From Macrostomum lignano (lineage: Eukaryota): a stretch of 64,000 nucleotides of DNA. Shown here piece by piece: positions 56,701 through 64,000 of this stretch. Every line of letters begins with the position of its first letter. Positions within the stretch are counted from its first letter, which is position 1. The notes under the pieces are model-generated. The model was not told the origin of the DNA. It ran no database searches and saw only the letters and a program-made list of their open reading frames with translations. The stretch lies in the NCBI GenBank assembly GCA_002269645.1, contig NIVC01004005.1:1106-65105 (forward strand). The letters run 5' to 3'. Both the position numbers and the translations under genes were made by a program.

Positions 56701-58389
56701 CACGGCGCCGGGCCGTCGACGGGCTCAATGATCCCGAGCTGCTCTAACAACTGCAGTTCCTTGTCCACCGCGTCTGCCAGGTGGATCGGCACCTTCGAAG
56801 GCGCATGGCAGACCGGGCGGGCGCTGTCGGTGAGGTGGATGTCGGCAGGCGGCCCGGTGAAGCAGCCGATTCCGCTGAACACGCTGGCGTGCTTGCGCAG
56901 CACCCTGCCGATGTCCTCGACGTGTCCTTGAGGCACTCCGCTGGATCTCGTGCCGCTGAGAAGGCCATCGACCGCCGCCTCCGCTTCAGCGACCTGCAGC
57001 ACCCGCTGTCCGGCTGTCGGTGGTGGCCCGACCCGCAGGATGTCCATCTGAGTGGCCGTCTGCCTGCCGATGATGGTGATGCCTCTCCCTTCGACGACGT
57101 GGAACGTGGCGACTGCCTGCCGGCCGAAAATGCGGACGTCCATCGCCGCCTTGCCCAGCAGCTGCATCGGCCTGTCCGACCCGTACGCGAACAGCCTGTC
57201 CGAGGTGGTCTGCAGGTGCGGCCGCTGTCTCAGGCTCTCGAACGTGGCCCGGTTGATCACATTTCGAGCCGCACCGCTGTCAATCAACACCGACAGTCTG
57301 GAGCCGTTGATCTCGGCTATTGTGTGGGCCGACTGCTCACCCTGATCGACCTCGAACACGCCGGAGTCCGGGTGGTCCACCTTCTGGTAGCTGGTCTCGC
57401 CTTGCAGCGTTGCGACGGCGTCGGCGCCGCTCTGCGGGGCGCCCTGCTTGGACCTGCAGGCTCGCGCGAAGTGGCCCGGCTTCCCGCACTTTCTGCAGCT
57501 CTTGCCCTGCGCTGCGGTGCACGTGGGGTGCCCTGGCCTGCCGCAGCGATCGCACGATACGTGCTGCGTTGGTGTCTGCGGCATCTGTGGCTTCTGGTCT
57601 CTTCTGACTGCTGCGAGCTGCTGCGGTTCCCCTGGTCTGTCGCTCTCCATCACGGTGGCCTGCTGCTCCGCGGCTTCTTTCGCCCTCGCCTTTTTGAGCA
57701 CATCTGCCAGGGAGATATTGTTGGTCTGCAAGAAGTCTCTCCTGAGTCTCTCAGATTCGCAGTAGGCGACGATTTTGTCACGGATCAGCGAGTCTCTGAG
57801 GGTCCCGAACTCACACGGCTCCGCCGCCTTGCGCAGACGCTGATACCACTGGTCGATCTGCTCGCCAGGCTGCTGTCTGCAGGTCTCAAACTTGAAACGC
57901 AGGAACACAATGTTATTCTTCCCGTCCCAGAACGTCTGGATGTTTTTCGCGAGGCTGCTGTAGTCCTCTCCAGAGGCGATCTCGTTCTCTTCGACTACAG
58001 CCTGCAGCTCCTCTCCTGCGGCGTACAGCAGCAGCTGCTGCCCTCGAGTCTTGTCGGTGATTCCAGCTGCATTGATGTACGTGGCGAAGCGACGAGTCCA
58101 TGCAGTCCAGCGCTGTGCTGTGGAGTGGCAGTCGCTATCGATTGTAAACGGCCCGGGTGGCGCGAGTGAAATTTGCTGAGTCATGATTTTTAAAGGTTCA
58201 GTTCTTGCGACGCCATTGTAGTAACTTAGTCAGAGGCCGTGTTTGCTGTGTAGCCAAACTCTTACAAATCTTGCCGCGCTGGGCACGAGTCTATATATTA
58301 TGGAGTTAGAATTGGGGTGGCGGCACCCACCCCACTCCGCAGCCAATCAGACTGCCCGGGCGTACCATACTGTGCGTACGCACACTACA
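53784..58389 (-). mobile_element. Full-length young Ty3/Gypsy LTR retrotransposon, Mag-like, 4606 bp
   Basis: 173-bp LTRs at 53784-53956 and 58217-58389 (TG..CA, 1 mismatch); 5-bp TSD aggcg; PBS tggcgtcgcaag next to the 5' LTR; PPT cgaaaggggagaga; domain order gag-PR-RT-RH-INT. Confidence 0.97.
54182..58184 (-). CDS. Gag-Pol polyprotein split by two single-base frameshifts (about 56213 and 55089)
   Basis: CCHC knuckle CRKCGKPGHFARAC; protease LIDSGA; RT ELDIAKAFYQV / IHDD; RNase H VDAGPTGLGA, YSQTEKEALA, SDHKPL; integrase HQGH..C..C, ADF, TDNG, NGMTERLN. Confidence 0.92.
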
Positions 58390-58394
58390 AGGCG

Positions 58395-60225
58395 GACATA
58401 AATATAGACACTAAGACATACACTAAGGCAGATACTGAGACAGACACTGAGGCAGACACTGAGACAGACACTAGGACAGACACCAGTACAGACACTAAGA
58501 CAGACACTAGGACAGACACGAGGACAGACACTAGGACAAACACTAGGACAGACACGAGGACAGACACTAGGACAGACACTAGGACAGACACGAGGACAGA
58601 CACTAGGACAGACACTAGGACAGACACTAGGACAGACACTAGGACAGACACTAGGACAGACACTAGGACAGACACTAGGACAGACACTAGGACAAACACT
58701 AGGACAGACACTAGGACAGACACTAGGACAGACACGAGGACAGACACTAGGACAGACACTAGGACAGACACTAGGACAAACACTAGGACAGACACTAGGA
58801 CAAACACTAAGGCAGATACTGAGACAGACACTGAGGCAGACACTGAGACAGACACTAGGACAGACACCAGTACAGACACTAAGACAGACACTAGGACAGA
58901 CACGAGGACAGACACTAGGACAAACACTAGGACAGACACGAGGACAGACACTAGGACAGACACTAGGACAGACACGAGGACAGACACTAGGACAGACACG
59001 AGGACAGACACTAGGACAGACACTAAGACATACACTAAGGCAGATACTGAGACAGACACTGAGGCAGACACTGAGACAGACACTAGGACAGACACCAGTA
59101 CAGACACTAAGACAGACACTAGGACAGACACGAGGACAGACACTAGGACAAACACTAGGACAGACACGAGGACAGACACTAGGACAGACACTAGGACAGA
59201 CACTAGGACATAGGACAGACACTAGGACAGACACTAGGACAGACACTAGGACAGACACTAGGACAGACACTAGGACAGACACTAGGACAGACACTAGGAC
59301 AGACACTAGGACAGACACTAGGACAGACACTAGGACAGACACTAGGACAGACACGAGGACAGACACTAGGACAGACACGAGGACAGACACTAGGACAGAC
59401 ACTAGGACAGACACGAGGACAGACACTAGGACAGACACTAGGACAGACACTAGGACAGACACTAGGACAGACACTAGGACAGACACGAGGACAGACACTA
59501 GGACAGACACTAGGACAGACACGAGGACAGACACTAGGACAGACACGAGGACAGACACTAGGACAGACACTAGGACAGACACTAGGACAGACACTAGGAC
59601 AGACACGAGGACAGACACTAGGACAGACACGAGGACAGACACTAGGACAGACACGAGGACAGACACTAGAGACACAGACACACTAGGACAGACACTAGGA
59701 CAGACACTAGGACAGACACTAGGACAGACACTAGGACAGACACTAGGACAGACACTAGGACAGACACTAGGACAGACACTAGGACAGACACGAGGACAGA
59801 CACTAGGACAGACACGAGACAGACACTAGGACAGACACTAGGACAGACACTAGGACAGACACTAGGACAGACACTAGGACAGACACTAGGACAGACACTA
59901 GGACAGACACTAGGACAGACACTAGGACAGACACTAGGACAGACACTAGGACAGACATAGGACAGACACGAGGACAGACACTAGGACAGACACTAGGACA
60001 GACACTAGGACAGACACTAGGACAGACACTAGGACAGACACTAGGACAGACACTAGGACAGACACTAGGACAGACACTAGGACAGACACTAGGACAGACA
60101 CTAGGACAGACACTAGGACAGACACTAGGACAGACACTAGGACAGACACTAGGACAGACACTAGGACAGACACTAGGACAGACACTAGGACAGACACTAG
60201 GACAGACACTAGGACAGACAGAGGA
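58395..60225. repeat. 12-bp GACA-core satellite with higher-order blocks
   Basis: Unit gacagacactag with acg variants; a distinctive variant block recurs at about 58422, 58805 and 59035. Confidence 0.96.
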
Positions 60226-60924
60226 CAGTGCAGTGAGTTGAGCATGCTTCTACTTTAATTGTCCATGCTAAAGCAGGTACACTTAACAACGGTTAAGTCT
60301 AATTAGTTTTGCTTTCGTTCGTATATTGAATACATTTACTACTGGCGAGGCACTCCTGAGTAGTAAATGTGGCATTTGAGAGCTGTTTTAATGCAAAGTT
60401 AAGCCCCATCATTAGAGGTCGATTGGTCTCTAAGCATTTTCAATTTGTAGGGTAAGTGCACCCGGCAACACAGGAAATGTTCAATGATAGCAATCCTAAT
60501 CAAAGCAAATACAAATAATGCGATCCGACTTGGAACTGCATGATCAAGCCACCCCGCCCACCGCGCTGCGGGATGTCGCGCGCTGGAAATGGAAGATGAA
60601 GAGCGGAGAGGTAGGGAGCGGAGATGTTGCGGATCAGATCGACTCGGGCGCAATTATTGCGGCAGTGCTCTTTGGAGCCGCCTTCCTTGAGGGGAAATGC
60701 GAGAACATTGCAGCCCTCACAGCAACAGAGGCGAGCCAGCTAGCGCTTTTACCCGCAGCGGCCTGTGTTGGCGAGGGCGTCCATTTTAGACTGTTGCATC
60801 ATTTCATTTAGCGGGGAGCTGTCGCGTTGAAGAATGGCAGTGAAAGTTTTGAAATTAATTTGTGCTTGTTGCGAAAACAGATAATTTAAGAGACTAAGTA
60901 TAGAAGCGGACTGGTAGTATCTAA

Positions 60925-63079
<2,155 letters not shown>

Positions 63080-63689
63080 ATCAGACAACCACTATTATGA
63101 CAGCGATGGCAAACAGTCCCAGTAGAAGCCCTTCCCAAAGCACCGCAGGCGGTTTTCCAGCCCCCCCCCCCCCCGCAGCGCCGAGTTCTCCAAGACCCGC
63201 CTTGAGTATAGCACATTGAGGCTATACTCAAGACAGATCGGGGAAAATCGGACAAGTGAAAGTCACGCGCCCGGAACAAACGCAGGAGATCTCATCAGCT
63301 TTGTCAGCAATTGTCGGCAGTTGTTCCGCATCGGTTGAGTCCGAGCGAGTCGCTCCTGCTGCTCGACCCTCCAACTCGCAGACTTCGGAGATGTTTAGGG
63401 GGTTGCGGCAATCTTAAATAAAAATATAATTTCGAGCCCAACGAAGCGAAGATCCATTGTGCCGCGCATGGCTCGGAGAGAGGCCGCCCGCTGAGAGCCA
63501 GAATCGTCTCTAATGTTCAAACAATGATTTTTCCAAACAAAAGCTTCACCAATATAGTGATTTAGAATAGGATTTTAAGAGTCGATTGGCACTCTGCCTT
63601 CATACTAGATTCATACTAAACTGCAGACTTGAATTTTGTGTGAAATCTGTGTGAACCCTGGCGCACATTGCCCATTCTCCGACTCCCCT

Positions 63690-63965
63690 GAGCAGCGCAC
63701 ACAAGCTCGCGATGCGTACGCAGTCATACGCACAGGCACACACTCACACAGGAGTGTACAGCGGCCTAACTTTATTTATCGTTAAGCATGTACACTTCAC
63801 TGCCTTGGGGGTTGGACTTCAAGACCGTTAATTGCACAAGCAGAGCCAAGCCGAGATTCCAATTTAGCTCTAAATCAATAATGATGCACTGGGAATCGAG
63901 CCTGGGCCTCTGGTACATCAGAGCGCCGCGCAGAGCCCCTCCCCAGGTTGACGCACTCAGACAGT
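63690..63965 (-). mobile_element. tRNA-derived SINE-like repeat
   Basis: B-box-like ggctcgattccc (plus 63891-63902) upstream of the tail shared with 48790-48995. Confidence 0.55.
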
Positions 63966-64000
63966 TCAGCTGTGTACTAACCGCGATCAATTCGGCTTAA

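Noticed and set aside
63201-63232. 12-bp perfect hairpin cttgagtatagc / gctatactcaag
   Set aside because: The stem is too short for a pre-miRNA, and there is no following CTRR Helitron end or other context.

Overview
Animal genomic DNA (standard code, GT-AG introns). GC-rich exons with Ala/Gly/Pro/Gln runs and minisatellite-filled introns suggest a Macrostomum-like flatworm; the taxon is my inference. Six host genes: the first exon of an SLC22 transporter (minus, runs off the left edge), a two-exon NPY/NPF-type GPCR, an intronless BTB protein, a two-exon Cbl E3 ligase, a multi-exon TOGARAM1/crescerin (minus, 25.4-43.6 kb) and PRC1 (minus). Mobile DNA: a very young full-length Mag-like Gypsy element (53784-58389), a 2.2-kb solo LTR with a dense promoter module, decayed Crypton (DUF3504) and Merlin relics, a foldback element with a 7-bp TSD, several MITEs and tRNA-derived SINEs. 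There are more than 20 different tandem arrays, and a GACA-based satellite fills most of the last 11 kb around the Gypsy element. Best leads: (1) an MGCGSS-initiated ORF with an X-box inside a TOGARAM1 intron, a possible lipid-anchored TOG3-4 isoform; (2) a sharply local domain almost free of CpG, with C-to-T changes at CpA, over transposon relics; (3) a Cbl whose RING lacks the E2-binding Trp and whose linker has a 4-residue insertion; (4) an antisense-oriented solo-LTR promoter in TOGARAM1. All splice models, family assignments and comparisons with vertebrate proteins were made by eye and from memory, with no database search.
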